From: Rhizophagus irregularis
Lineage: Eukaryota
Assembly: GCF_026210795.1 (NCBI RefSeq)
Contig: NC_089436.1
Coordinates: forward strand, 1,612,001 to 1,676,000
Direction: 5' to 3'
DNA length: 64,000 nt
Shown here: one piece after another, positions 25,700-40,784 of the stretch
Layout: the number at the start of each line of letters is the position of its first letter
Numbering within the stretch: the first letter of the stretch is position 1
The notes under the pieces: generated by a model
Database searches by the model: none
The model's input: only the letters and a program-made list of their open reading frames with translations
Told to the model about the DNA's origin: nothing
Position numbers and translations under genes: made by a program

Positions 25700-26550
25700 A
25701 CCACAAACTTTCTGATTAACGAGTCTATGTTTTCTGGTTGTAAGTGCATTCTAATTTTTCTAACTAGAATAAAGCAATGTATGCAATGAGTTTTTGTTAT
25801 GACGATACTGTAAATTAATAGATGATTTATAGGATGTCGTCCAGTGCGTTATTTGTGTTTTTATTTGGTTCGTTGGGAGGGTTACAAATATCCTTGGGTT
25901 TTTATGCGATCTTGCTTTTCCCCGAATTTGTAGTCATCATTGTTTTTAATTTATTGGGTTGAAGTAGTAGTCAAAGGTGTAGTTGAGTTGTACTTCGCAA
26001 TATAATCGTAATCAGGGTTTTTTGCTCGGTCGGCAAGTAGTTCTAATAATTCTTGATCGTTGGTTGTGCTAAAGTGAAGTTCAACATACATTGTCCAAGT
26101 ATTTTTCACGAACTGCTCCGTCTACACGTCAAAAGCTCAATGATTCCGCCGAGTTAACTACGTGATTATGCGTGAATTAAATTTATCTCTAGTGGGTGAC
26201 TCAATTCGCCAACTCTCTAAACGAAGATGGATCGTTGCAGTGCATCCAACATTTTTTGCTCGCGATGATTGTGGACGCTTCGTTTCCTGATTTCCTTGTT
26301 TCTTCTTAACCATATCGCTGTTTTTCTCGAAAAAGTACACGCTTTTCTTTTATTTCGTAGCGTTTAGTTTCTGGCATTGTAGTTTCGATCTAGATTCGTA
26401 AATCTTTAAACCATTCGTTTGCCTAATCAAATTGTGGAATTTCAAAACCTTCAACAGTTCAAAATGATGGTAATTCATTAAATGTTTTTATTAAATATGT
26501 ATAATTTTGGGAAGTATTTGTTTTAGAAATTCGGGCATAGACCTAAAGTA
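25700..26550 (-). pseudogene. Degenerate transposase-like fragment (possibly MULE/FAR1-type Zn finger)
   Basis: Minus-strand peptide PQSSRAKNVGCTATIHLRLE resembles the K-x-G-C-x-A Zn-finger segment of MULE transposases; many stops. Confidence 0.35.
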
Positions 26551-29500
26551 TCCCAAGAAATGATCTATAAATGAATTTTTTTATTAATGTCATTCTTTAA
26601 TAATAATTCAATATCATCTAACAAATTAAGCTTCACGATAAATTTAACAATTAAAAATTTAACAATTAAAGTTTTACAACAGATAATTAATAAAAATTTA
26701 ACAAATTAATATTCTACGATGTTATTTAATAATAAAAGATGATAAAAACGTATCATTATTTAAAAAAAAAGATAACAAAATGGATTTTTAACAAAAATAA
26801 ATGCAACGCTATAGACAAATCAACAAATGATTAACGAAATAAAGATACATGATAAATTAATAATAAAATAAACACAAACATGCTACAGTACATAATATAA
26901 TAAATACAAATAAATTGTATCACTTTTACCAAAAAATCGCGTTTTTTTTTTATTTTTTCTAAAGTATAAATACTCTAAAAATCTAGATAATTAACTAACC
27001 GGTGTTTTTTCGGTAATATCGCCTTTCATAATGATTATTTGTGTAATTTTCTAAAAAATTTAAATAACGAATAAAATACTTCGATTTTAATATAAAGCAT
27101 ATATATTAATTCCATTAATTATATAAACGTTAAGAGAAACTATGTAAGAAATAAAAACGATAAAGAGGTCGTTCTACTTGAGAAGAGCGCGTGAGAAAAA
27201 AAAAATTTATAATGTCTGCGACACGAATGATACGATTTGTTGTACTATATGACAGGAGGCTGTGGCGCTGCCTGCGCCATTAAGCTGGCACACATTTCAC
27301 ATTTATAAAGCAGTAATATATAAAGACTTTTAAAAGGAAATTCATTGAATTCTAAAAGGATTTGCTTCGCTAATCCGAAAAATTTAACTTGTATATAAAA
27401 ACTGTTGGTTTCTTTTTACTTTATACTCTTGGTAGTTTACTGAACCTGCTAGAGTTCCTTTGAAATATCAAGTTCCACTAAATTATATTGATGCATTCTA
27501 TGTATAATACTTTAAATATTCAGCTACAAATTGCTGTGTAATAATATAAAAGTTAATGTGCTAAACTAAGTAGTACTAAAAAGATATGAAACTAACTTGT
27601 TTTGTTTAATATGTGTAATATACAAGTGTAATTGAAATATTGAATGTTAATATAACTATCTCTATTTATTAAACTGACAATACGTAATTTCTATTTATTC
27701 ATTTTTTAATGAATATGACTTCATGTAAAAAAATGTAAAGGTACTATTTTTACATGCCAATATATAAATAACAAAATCCTTTAATCCCCCTATTTATTAG
27801 TTTTTTTTGATTATCTCATTTTATAAGCTGATTGGAATAACTATTCTTATTATATACATCCTGGATTAACCAATCCTTAATCACCTCCGTTGATACTGTA
27901 AAAGGTCTGTTGTACATTAACAACAGATACTAGTGTCCATCTTTGAGTGACCAGCTAAAACATCTATGACAGGACATATATTAAAATATATTCTTGTCAT
28001 TTTTTTTAATTTTGTGTTCCAATGATAAAATAGCCGAAGAACATTTACCAATTACTTTTGAACTCTGTTGGCTTCGATAGTGTTATATCAATGATTGTGA
28101 TTAATTCGAAGTATATACATAAATCTATGTGACAGGAATGCATGTCTAATACTCTTTTTCCAACAAGATGTTATGCAACGTTGAATATGTGCATTGCCTG
28201 TATCAAACTTAATATGAGAATATGACTCATACCGGGCAACAAATCTTCTGCACTGTACCCTTTGATGCTTATAGTGCTAGCATTCCATAAGCTAGACAGA
28301 CATACGCTAATATTTCATCGCGTATACCTGGATGCATATATTTGACGTGTTAAATAGTTATTCTTAAAAGTTAACTTTTTACACAATAAAGAGAATGGAT
28401 CAAGCAAATGAAATTTCTGCTTTCTCTATGTAACAATGTTTTAGTGTAAAGTTTCCAGTAGTGATCTGGCCAGGGTGGGTTGGATTTCAGTTCTTTTTGT
28501 GTATGAATCCTAACCCTAGATATAGCCACCAGTAATAGTTCTATAAACGTAGTTAATCATTACACTCTTAAAGGAAAACGCCTGAAGGAGGAAATGTGTT
28601 CTGTACATTTCTTCGCAAATGTTCCAGATAAACAAAAAAAAGTAAAAAATAGTAATATACCAAGTATAAACAAATGAATGACCATCATCACCCAATCATC
28701 AACAAAAACAACTATTTCCTTCACTAGTAGTTGATGTGAGACTCTGATTAGCACGTATCTGAAGGGTAATAGGGTAATCCGATATTTTCATATCAAGGTT
28801 CAGCATAAGTAATTTGATACTAAAAATAATCATATAGTTGTAGGTGTGTTTTCATACAAATATACATAAAGGAATAGCGCCAGTAAATGTAAATTTCATT
28901 CTAATAAATAATATACAATATTAACATACCCAACTGCCTCACTATCCTCGTACTTATCTATTGAACCAATAAATTTCGTGTTACTATTCTGCATTTACTC
29001 TACGATTTCTACTTTGAGTATCCTTAAACGATAATTAAGGAACATTAAAACATCTAGGAGCGTTAGCATGTAATGTTTATCGCCTTTTGAAATTTCCAGT
29101 TAAATTTACCTGGAAACCATTTAAGGGATAATATTTAGGTTGTCTTCTGATATTCTTAAACATAAAGCATTTTTGTGCCAATCTTTTAAGACGCTTCTGT
29201 ATGTTCCTTTACAAGATTCGTAATAAGAATAATTTGATATAATTCTACTCTTTTAGTTCATGTAGTAAGCATAATTTGGTAGTATTATTCTACTTTACTT
29301 ATTACTTTAGAATGAAATATTCTTTACTTTAATAAGTATTTACTAAAGTAAATATTTTTTCAGTCATGAATTTTCTTGTTCGTTAAAAATAATTTGATGG
29401 ATTCCTTGTTTTCTTTGTAATTGTCCCATAAGTATTTGGATATTAACATTTCCGTTTTCTGCTGATTTCGTTAACCATTTTAAAGCTTCATTAATATTTC

Positions 29501-30235
29501 ATTTTTCATCTCTCCAAATAATCATGGAGAAACTAATAATTTAGAATTTAAATTCCAATAACGCTTTCTTTTTCCTTCTTAGATGCACCAATAGTAATTC
29601 ACGGATAGAGAGCTGCGGCGATTTTTTAAGAGTAAAATCCAGCCAATTAGATTTTTATTTCACGTTACTGTATAATATATACAGTATAAAATTATTACAC
29701 AATTGTCGATTTACAAGACCAGTTTATTCTTTATTTCATCATTTCCGTCAACAAGCGAACTTCAAAATTTATAATTACAAACACAGCCTGAATGAATTTA
29801 ATGTATGCTCACAATATGTATACCATTAAAATATTCGACCGATCAATTCACTTTTTAACCTAATAAAGTTTTCATGATATTTCATCCTTTTTTTTAAAAA
29901 AAAAAAATTCGGATAATATGAGCCACAGCTCATTAAATATAATAAAAAGGAGTGTAAAGAAGAAGCTGAAAGACGGATTTGTACAAAAATGAAATGAAGA
30001 GAGGCACGCCCAGGTGGCATTTTTTTTTAAATATTTAGTGTAACTTTTGTAAATTATAAATAGTTGAGGCTTTTACAATAATTTTCTTTTCTTTTGTCGA
30101 AACTCTTCGTGTATAGACAATAGAACTTTAATAGTTTATATTTATGACAAAATACTTTCTTTGTAAATAGGCTAATGATTTATTAATGAAAAAAGTAGAA
30201 AAAACGAATAAATAATAATCAATTTAAATAAATCA

Positions 30236-33200
30236 ATGACGCGTCAAATAATTTCATACATTAAAATAACATTTCTATTTATAACTGTACTTCTCACCTT
30301 CTTCGCTAATAGCATTTATTCAGCTCGCACGATAAAACTAGATGACAATTCATCAGGTGTACCATTGTATCCAGTTGATACAGTAACTTTTCAGAAATCT
30401 TCAATATTAACCACTCGTTTAACAACCAATTGTCCTCAAGGAGGAGGTCCGAATTCATTGAACTTGTTCTCGTTGAGATCATTGTACCCTAATGGAACTA
30501 TACAAAGTTCAACTGTATTTTATAGTGATTCGTTTTCAGTATATAATTTTTGTCCTCTTGATAGAATAAGTTTATTTGCTTTACCTGGTGAGTGAATAAT
30601 TAAATGATTATTGATCGAGTTTCATTAATGATTAATATCATTAATTTCGACTATATCCAGATAACATTCTGTTTATAAGTTATTTGAGGGAGGAAGCCAT
30701 CAATCAAGTAAGATTTATGGGTATGACTACAACGTTAGATGGAACAATAATTGAACCGTAAGTATGGTGATCTATTTCACTTTCCTGTGAAGTTTTTTTT
30801 AATAGTTAAAAAAACTCTTACAAACTTGACACACTTTTCTCATGTAAAATATATAGTGAAGTGGAATTGAGCGACATAATGAGTTTGGATATAAAGAGTA
30901 TATCATCATTTCCATATTTATCAAAAATAACAATTAAGACAAACCAAGCAAACTCTGATACGGAAAGTGGGGCATTATTATTTACAATAACATATAATAA
31001 TCTTAGTATAAATTGGAGAAAATTTGATTGGGATCATATAGGGTAATGTGGAACTTACTTTTAAAATTTTTCTTTGATGATCACTTTTTTTTTATTTAGT
31101 AATTTTTTTACATACTTTAGAAGGAGATTGTCTAATATGTCAGAGGGGGTTATTACGCCTGTGGTGCCATCATCAGAACAGTATAGAATAGTTTCATTTC
31201 AAACATTTGGAACATTAGATGGTGGATTTGGATTAGCATATTCCATTCACTCAATAGATTCTCAACCAGAGAGTACACCAACATCAATCTCCTCACATTC
31301 ACAGGTCTACATCACATTCCTCCATGAATCAGCACTTACTTGGACACCACCAACAGTAATTTATGAAACATTATTAGCTAATGCAAATATAACCATAAAA
31401 TTATGCACTTCTTCAATAGATACATCATCAGCAGGTTATACATGTTTTATTATTGTAACATGGCAATTGCAACCGCAATTGCAATATTTTTGGAGAATTA
31501 TAAATTTTTTAAGCGTAGGATCTATACTATCTTATAAAGAATTATCTAATTATGAAATTAGATTTGAAACAAATAGAAATGTCGCTATTATTTACAATGA
31601 TGTACTTCCACTAACTCATTATGGATTTTGTATGATTGGTGTCAGACAAGATAACTCAAATTTGCAAGGGAGTTTGTATAACATTACGGAAGGGGCGGTT
31701 GTTAAAGGAGATGATTGGGGAATTCCGCAAATATTGAGAGCAAAATATGATGTATTAAATAATAATACAATATGGACTGCTGTACCAGGAGAAGATAATT
31801 TGGGTACATTTTGGTACATTATAAGTAATGATATACATAAAAATGAAGTCAATAATGGTAAGAGAAATAAATATTTATTTATCTAAAACAATTCATTAAG
31901 TCTTAACTAGAGTACTAATTTCCTTTGCGTAATAGGAGATGGATATGAAAATAAACAAATATCGAGTACTGTGCCACCAATTAACGCAACGATACCAACA
32001 GACACAAAAAACATTATAATAAAATATAAAAATCCAGTAATATTATCAACAGGATTCATATCAGTATACCAATCTGCTCTTAATTCTACAACAATTAATA
32101 CCGATTTATTAAGACAAACATTTTCAGCATTATCACCTCAATATGTACAATATGTTAACGATACAAATAATACAGAAGTAGAAGTAATAATATTATCATC
32201 AACGTTTAATCAATTAAATTCTAATTATTATATTATAGTTGATGATAATTTTGTTAGGAGTCAAGATTTTAATGAACCTTTAATGGGTATTGAAAGTGGT
32301 GTTTGGACGGTTAAAACTGGTTTGCCAGAAGAGCAAAAATTTACGGATGATAAGAATGTATTGTTACGGTTGAATGCGACGGGAACACGATTATTTCAAG
32401 AATTGACATCGTTAGAAAGGGATGGGTTTTTTGATAATTTATTGCTTTCGTTTTCACAATCGATCCCAGTACCATTGGAAAGATTACGTACATCAAAACG
32501 ATATCAATTTGAAGGCATAAGAGATGATTTACCGATATTAATAAAAATTCAATTAAAAGCCACTAGAAATAAAGAAGACATGAATACCGAACAAATTCTT
32601 AATAATATTGATACTTTAGTTAGAAATAAATTTGTTACTAAATTAAATGGTCCTAGAAATGCTACTAGTTTTTTAGATTCTAGTTATGGTGCGAAGGAAA
32701 TAGGTAAGAAGAGAAAATATTAGTAGAAACGATTAATTATATTCTAATTGTTACTTTTTAAATTATTTAGTAAGTGTGTGGCCTGCATATAGATATGAAA
32801 TAGCGGGAATCATTTGTGCTATATTTGTACTATTTGTGCTGGTATTCCTAGCTCACAATATTAATCCTACGGATCCTAAGGTAATAAACTCCATTAGTTT
32901 ATAAACTTTAAAATAATCTAAAATATACTTATATTTAAACTTCATCTTTTAGAATGGTATACCTAGTATGTCACTATTCAAATTTGTTGTGATATTTGTA
33001 GATTTTATTATGGATATAATCTTTTTATTTTATAATGGTCGTGATGTACAAACATTATATTTACCAAGGTATTTAATACTACTAAAATGAATCATTTATG
33101 TTTCTAATATTCGACTGAAACTAACTGTTATATTCCTCATATCAATAGCATTATTTTATTATTAGCACCTTTATCAATAAATTTTTTTATAACAATGTTC

Positions 33201-33906
33201 ATATTTTTGAGAGAATATTATAGTAACCCTTTATTTGCTAATTTTGCACGTGAGAATTCATTTTCGACAACAATACTTCTTGTACTTGGTTATATTGATT
33301 TAGTATCACTGGAATTATTAAGTTCTAATTTGGCAAATTTTCAAAAATTAAGTGCACCTTTTGATGATTTAGCCGATAGAACCATTTATTTGGGTAGTTT
33401 GGCTATCTTACTAGTGGAAGATTTACCTCAATTAGTGATCCAAGTAAGTACACTTTTTATGTACTACAAACTCTTATGTATATGTAAACTAATTATGTTT
33501 TTCTCGTATTTCGTAGATACTCTATTTAAAATTAGTAATAGATTATAAATTTGTGCCATTATTAACATTAATAACCTGTTCATTAATAATAACAACTAAT
33601 ATAATCGGTAGATCATATGATTGTTATAGAAGTATACGTGATCATTATTCTTCTGATTCGACAGATGATGATTATCAGGGCCATAGTAGTAGGGGAAGCT
33701 ATTTAATTGGAGTCAACGAAATTTTTAATAAATGGTGGGATATTGGCAGTGGTAAAGAAAAAGGAAAAGGGAAGAATAAAGAGGAACAGGATGTTACTGA
33801 AGGAAGTGGAGTGGGTGGTAACTATATTGAGCCGAGTGGTACTAATTTTGATACTCAACCTGTTACGGCAGGTCCTAGCGGAAATAATATTTCTTGGCAG
33901 GGCTGA
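30236..33906 (+). CDS. Large multi-exon membrane protein: signal peptide, extracellular beta/Ig-like domains, multi-TM C-terminus
   Basis: ORF-track segments joined by GT..AG introns (e.g. 30588-30660, 30758-30856, 31858-31935, 32704-32770, 32881-32952); Ig-like segment PPINATIPTDTKNIIIKYKNPVILSTGFISVYQ; TM region with LLVEDLPQLVIQ; exact exon limits partly uncertain. Confidence 0.8.
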
Positions 33907-36900
33907 TTGAACCTGGTTGACTTTAAAAAGTAATGCAATGAAAGAATGTGATGAAAGAATAAGCTTTTTGGTTTTCTTATTTGTATATATATTATAAGAT
34001 GTATGTAATATATGTATTTAAATTATTTATTAAAATTTACCTAAAATATATGTTCTGATAGCAATTCAGTGATGGAAATTGGATTCGCGCAGTTGGCGCA
34101 ACCAGTAGTTGTTGGGGAAAATCATGTTGCGGAGTGCGCACGTGATTTGAAATTTTTATGCGCAACATTGTGTACAATGTGCGGAAAATATAAGTGCAAG
34201 TTTTTGTGTGCGTGATTATGTGCGGAGTTTTTAAAAAGATGTACGCTGGGCGCGTACATCGTTTTAAATTTCCGCGCACGAGATTGAAAGTAGACAAGCG
34301 TGATCATAATGGCGCTTACTATTATATATAAGAGCGCATATGACTTCATATGTTGCGCACAATACTTTATGAATAATATGCGCTCTGCGCGTATAAAAAT
34401 AACCTGCCGTTGATGCACTTCGATAAGTGATACTTGATGTAGTATTTTTCGCGTGAAATTTCTTAAAATAACGATGAAGACGCATGAAGATTAAATTTAT
34501 TTAGCTACCCTTTTATTCAGCTTCGCCCAATTTTATTTGGGTCATATTAATCACCACCTACTAAAAAAAACTTTACTGTAATATACTAAAGAAAACATAC
34601 CTTCACTCTAAGTTGATTAGTTGGATATGCACTGTTTTCTTTATTCTTTTCAAGCATTACACTTTTTATGGGCAAAGTAACATTAACAGATTAATCAATT
34701 TGCCACCCTTTTATACTCAAAGGTTGTATATAGTATATATTCACCATAAAAAGATCAAATATTCAGTTTGAATTAAGGCTTCTTTATTTAAAATAATAAT
34801 TTTATTTATTATAATTTTAACCCAAATTTTTATATTGGTCAATGGTCATTACTTAACCAGTAGCTTTACTAAATATGCAATCTAAAATATTACTTAGGAT
34901 TCTATCTATATTTACTTATTGATTATATTTTAAAAATTTAAATTATATAATCCTATTTTTAAACTAATTAAATAATTTAAATTTAATAAGATTCATATTA
35001 TTAAATTCCTTTTAATAAGAGGAATCTAATGATAATTAATAATTTTACCTTTTTTTTTTTTAATTATCTAGTATGAATAACTATATAATATATAATATAT
35101 GAAATATAAGGATAAATATAAATAAAAGATATTTAAATTTTAACTTTAACTGAATTTTTTATTTTTTCAAACATTTTATAATTAATTTTTATTAAAAATC
35201 AATACAAATTGTTAACCTTTTTTTATAAAAAAAATTGAATTTCATAATTTTTTTTTTTTTAAAAAAAACTATTTAAGTTAAATTACTGATAATTAGAAAT
35301 AAAGAATTATTTTTTTAATTTTTTAAAATTTATTTTTAATTTACTCTTTTTTTACAGTATATAAATTTTATAAATTTTATTATAAAATAATTAATTTATA
35401 AAAATATCATAAATTATAGTATTAAGATTATATTTAAAAATAAATTTAATAATATCATAAATTATAGTATTAAGATTATATTTAAAAATAAATTTAATAA
35501 TATAAAATACTTTAATAAAATAAATTATAATGTTAAAATACTTTAATAATAATATTAATCTTAAAAAGGTAAAGTTTTTGAAATTTATTTAAAAAATAAT
35601 AAAAAAAAATTTTTAACTAAAAATGTATAAAATTTAATGTAAAATTGGAATTAAAGCTAAAAAATTAAAAGAATTAATTTTAGATTTTTAAAAAAAAAAC
35701 CTAGCCTTATACTTATTGATAATTTGATTCTATATGTAAAATTTGGAATAGTTGATCTGTATTAAACATGAAATTTATGCAACCTTCCCGCATTTTTTTT
35801 TTTTTATGACAATCAATAAGTATCAATAATGCAAACTTGACAATTCGAAATTCGTATAATTATAATTTTTTTTCGTATTAATAGAGGAATGAAGGATCTG
35901 CATATATCGTTCTGTAATCACGCCACATAATTACATTTTAGCATTAAATTCAAATGATTTCGTTTTTTTTGAAAATAACTTTATCAGGAATTTCAACAAT
36001 AATAAAAAGCATCGGATGATAAAAAATTATAACCCCATTTTTAGTTAATTATTATTATATTTGTTATTTGCAACGACAGTAATAATAATTAATACAAAGT
36101 GATTAAATCTTTATTAGTCAAAAAATTCTTTACAATTGATGAACAACAATAGACAATAAGTTACATTATTTCCTTTAATATTAATGAATGAAAACTAAGT
36201 TTATTTGTTTAAAGTAACAATTATTTTTAAATAGAATCAGAATCAGAATAAAATAGAAAATAGAAATCAAATCAAGTCTACGTAATAATTAATTCCTAAT
36301 TAAATTAGGTAATGATAAATAAACATGCAAGCAATGCCAGTTTTTTTTTTTTTACTAATTAAATTGAGTAATAAATTATTTTAAATGTAACTTGATCTCA
36401 TTCTTTAAAAATTATTTGTTATACGATAATTCTACCAAACATTACAAAGCTTTTTAGTAAGATTGACAAAAAATTTTTTTAAACAATGGCACAGAACCCA
36501 GAACTCCGGTCCAATGATAGTCAGAAAGGATTGTCATGACACTTCTCTCGGAGTTATTGATAGATAAATTTCTTAAATTCATTTTTTAAAATAAAAAAAA
36601 AATAAAAAAAAATAAAAATCAATAAAAATGTTGTACAATAATTTAGGGTTTATAGAAAGAGGAGTTGATATTCAAATGATTTTTAATTTGACTCGCATTA
36701 TTATATTATTTAATTTTTTGTTTGTTTCTCTTATTAAAAATAATGATATAATTTTGCATCAAGCAAAAGAAAGATATTAGTAATTCATATTGAAAAGAAC
36801 CGTTTCTTATTATATTATTCCCAGATATGAATAAACAAATAAAAAGGAAATGTTTATCCAGAATTTATTGTAAAGATTTTCCCAGTTTTAAATAAATAAC

Positions 36901-37983
36901 AATTTAATTATAAACGATCATTATTTATTTATATAAAAGGATATTAGAATGCCTTATTTAAAAAAAAAATGAACATAAACAAAAAAGGAATTTTAATAAT
37001 GATATTATAATAAACATTATATATATATATTTTTTAAAAAGATACTTTTCTTTTGTAAACAGATAATCTTTTACTACTAATTTAGAATAATAAAAAAAGT
37101 CTCATTAAAAAGAGATTTGGTCATGAGACATAATATATACACATACACAACTGTTTATATTTCCCAATGATTTACTTAATTAGAAACTTTCCGTACTTTT
37201 GTTAAATATTTCGAGAAATTTATAAACGGGAATACCCGGAATATCTCGGACTCTTTACCCCTCGTATGCTTTTATTGCGGATTTATCCGTAAGTCTTCAG
37301 TATTCTCTTTTTAAAAGAAATAAGAATTTTTGATCTAGAATTTACTTTCTTTATCGATCATGTGCACAATTTCCAAATTCGTTAATTAGGTACAAATTCA
37401 CCATTTTGGGACATGAATAAGGTTTCCGACTTAATTAAAACAAAGCCACACAAAGGTCTTTTTCTTTAAATGAAACGATCAAATCATGAAGTTACCGTTC
37501 CTTAGTTGACAAAAAGTACTTTGTTTCGTTCATTTTCCTTAAAGGGGTAAAAATTATCAGGAGACGACGTGACAGACGACGTTATATATATATATATGTA
37601 TATTAAGGAGTATAATTAGAAATTTAATAATAAACAAATAATTTAGGTGTATCTTTATGAAGAAGGAAATACGTATTCCTATTTAAGTGAATCCGATATC
37701 CAATTGTAATTGACTGCGTTAACACAAATGTGGCTAAACTTTACAATAAGGCGGATTCGCAGCTCCGATGAGTTTCACCAAAGAACAATCAATTTTAGTA
37801 ACCGTAAAAAAAATATATATATAAATTAGTTTTTTTTTTTTTAAGAAAAAAAGAATCAAATTTCCTTTTTTTTAATACACAAAAAAAAAATATTTTTTTT
37901 TAGAAATAAAAAAAATATATATATATACGCGTTCTTTGTATTAAAAACACGTAAAAAAAACAATCGAAATTTTTGATAGAATT

Positions 37984-38678
37984 ATGTCTAAACCAATTCC
38001 TATTAAATATAATGCGAGAAATACGCAAAAACTCGTTTATCCGACTCGCAAGAATTTAGGAGCTCAAAGAACAAAGATCACTCCAAGTTATAGAGTGAAT
38101 CATTCGTTTCCTTCTTCTACTCAAATCAATATTCCTTCAATTCAAGCCGTTGATTCTAATGAAGAAAAAATTCATGATGATGAAGGATTTGAAATTAAGC
38201 CCACTATTAAAAAAACTTGTGCACGATGTAAAGAATCGAATAGATGTGTTAAATTACTTTATTCTAAGATTAATAGAATAGAAGAATTAGTTAAAGGTAT
38301 CGCAAAATCTACCGATAATGTAATTGATACAAATAATAACATTATTATTGAGGTATTTTAGATTTTTTTTTAACTGTTTGTTGTTTGTTTTTGTTATTTT
38401 ACATTTTTCTAACAATTTCTTCAAAATAGCAGCAATCTCAACAACCTCAACAACCTCCTTCCCCAATTCCTCAAATTTTCTTAACTCAACCTTCACAGTT
38501 ATTAACTCCCGCTCCCTCTCCGATTCAAACTTTTTCAAATACATCGTTTAATAATTTTTCAAACCATAGTTTGGAAGATTTACAAAATATCGTATCAATC
38601 ATAACAAACACTATGATTTCGAACAAAGGAGGTTGTGTACCTGTGGTTAGACCTAACGCTCTTCATATGTTCAATTAA
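37984..38678 (+). CDS. Hypothetical CxxC/coiled-coil protein, 2 exons (37984-38352, 38430-38678)
   Basis: In-frame GT..AG intron; KKTCARCKES...KINRIEELV and SLEDLQNIVSIITNTMI shared with the downstream paralog. Confidence 0.75.
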
Positions 38679-38798
38679 AAGTAAAAAAAAAAAATCGAAA
38701 AAAAAAATTATGCAAAAAAATTAAGAAATTCTTTTTGTTTTGCTGGCAAAATCGGTTAAAAATTTTAAAAATTTTGGTTTTATAACTTTTATTAATTC

Positions 38799-38834
<36 letters not shown>

Positions 38835-40784
38835 CAATTCGAAATCGATTTTTTTTTATTAGATATTAAGTACGAACGAAAAATTTTCATTTGTTATATT
38901 CTTTTCTTTCTTTATTTTTTCTTTTTCTTTTTTGTTTTTATAGCTTTTTTTCCCAAGAATTTATTTCCTTCGTTAAATTTCTCTTCGTTCATAGAATTTA
39001 TGGCAATTTCTCTTTTCTCCCTTTATTTTCTAAGAAAATTCTTTTTCTTGTCTAAATAACATATGACCTACTTACAAGATTTATTTTAAGTTTATATCCT
39101 TTTAAGTTTCAATTTAAATATTTTTATTTTTTTACAAAAAAAAATAAATACAAAGGCACTTAGTTTAAAATAGAATCACGTGCCAAAACTACGTATTAAA
39201 GTATTAAATCACTGCGTAACTAATATCGGCATTTTAATCATTGTATCCCATAAAAGAAACGTTGATTGTATTGTACGTTTATGTAGTTCAAAATCGGAAG
39301 TGGCAAATTTTTTTGAAATAATCTTACTAATATTTATGATTTTTACCGGCTTAGAAATTTACGCGCTTTATAATATGAAACTAAATGAGTTTCAAATGAT
39401 CATTTAGGTGTGATTAAAGAATACGCCAAGTGGATATTTATCCCTATATAAATTACTGTTTAAATCTTGGTTTATAACTTTTCTGATATCTTTCATTAGA
39501 TTTATTTAGACATAAGTACATTCTATTTACGCCTAATTAAAAAGAAAACCTTGCTTCTAAAAATAAAACTCTTTATTTCATTGCCATAGACAAATACGGA
39601 AATGATCGGCTGTAACACGAGGATTTTGTCAATAATACAGTACTTTTTACTGTGTACGCATAAAAAAAATTATATTTATATTATATTTATGCCCCTAATA
39701 AAAGAAAAAAATGTTATTTTTAAATTTTTAATTTTTCTACGTAGAAACTTTTTAAGATAAGAGTAAAAGTAGTAGTACATCATTTATCCTTAATTTGACA
39801 TTATTATAACTATTTATATAATTATCTTTGTTGATCACAATTCTCTTTGATTTATTACCCAAAAAAGAACAGAATAAAATAATCTGGTGTTGTATGTTTA
39901 CTTTTTTCTTTCGTTAATAATAATAATAAAGATGCAAATTTATGTAATAGAATAAATAATATTATAAAAAAATTTCTTTTAAAAAGCTTTTTTTTTTTTT
40001 TTTTACAAAAATTACGATTAACTGCGGGAATCCATTTGAAAAGATGAACTTGATTTTTTTCCATAATTGTAAACAATAACGAGCAAAGTGTCTTTTGTTG
40101 CCCCAGAAAAAAAAAAAAACAAAAAAAAAAAAATTTACGTATAATAAGTATAATAACAAAGAACTTAATAAAATAGTTAAATTAACGAAAGAAAATGGGT
40201 TTTATAATTACTATTAGTGATAAATAATTACCATCCAAATTGTCAATTTTAGTAAAATGGTAAATTTAAAATAACAACACGTGGACGCCCAGATCGGACT
40301 TTCAAGTCCGGCAAGTATATAATAAAAAGTTTTTTCATTAAAATTTAAATTTCTTTTTTTTTTATAACCTTTTGGTTATAAATTATTATATGTTATAAAT
40401 ATAGTTTTTTTTTTTTGTCAAGGTAAAAAAAAATAAGAAATAAATATATTATTATATTGTTATTTTGTTATTGTAAAAAATATAAATGTTGTGATATAAA
40501 TATATATATATATTATATATTATATATTATATATTATATATATATATTTTTTTTATAAATGCTTTATTATTAATTATTTTATTAATCAATCATTCATTAT
40601 GTGTCAATTATAGTTACAAGTATACAAGTATAAAAAAAAAATACGGGTTTAAAGAAGAAAAAAATCAAGTTTTTTTTATTTTTATGATTCTTCCTTTTTT
40701 CTCAAAAATTTAATAATTTAAAAAAAAGTCCTTTTTTATAAATAAATAAAAAAAAAATTCCTTTTTTGTAATTATTTACGTATA

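Noticed and set aside
27800..29550. Possible decayed coding region on the minus strand
   Set aside because: Composition hints at an old gene or TE, but there are too many stops and no motif I can identify.
35403..35502. ~50-bp tandem duplication in an extremely AT-rich tract
   Set aside because: Simple local duplication in low-complexity DNA with no sign of function.
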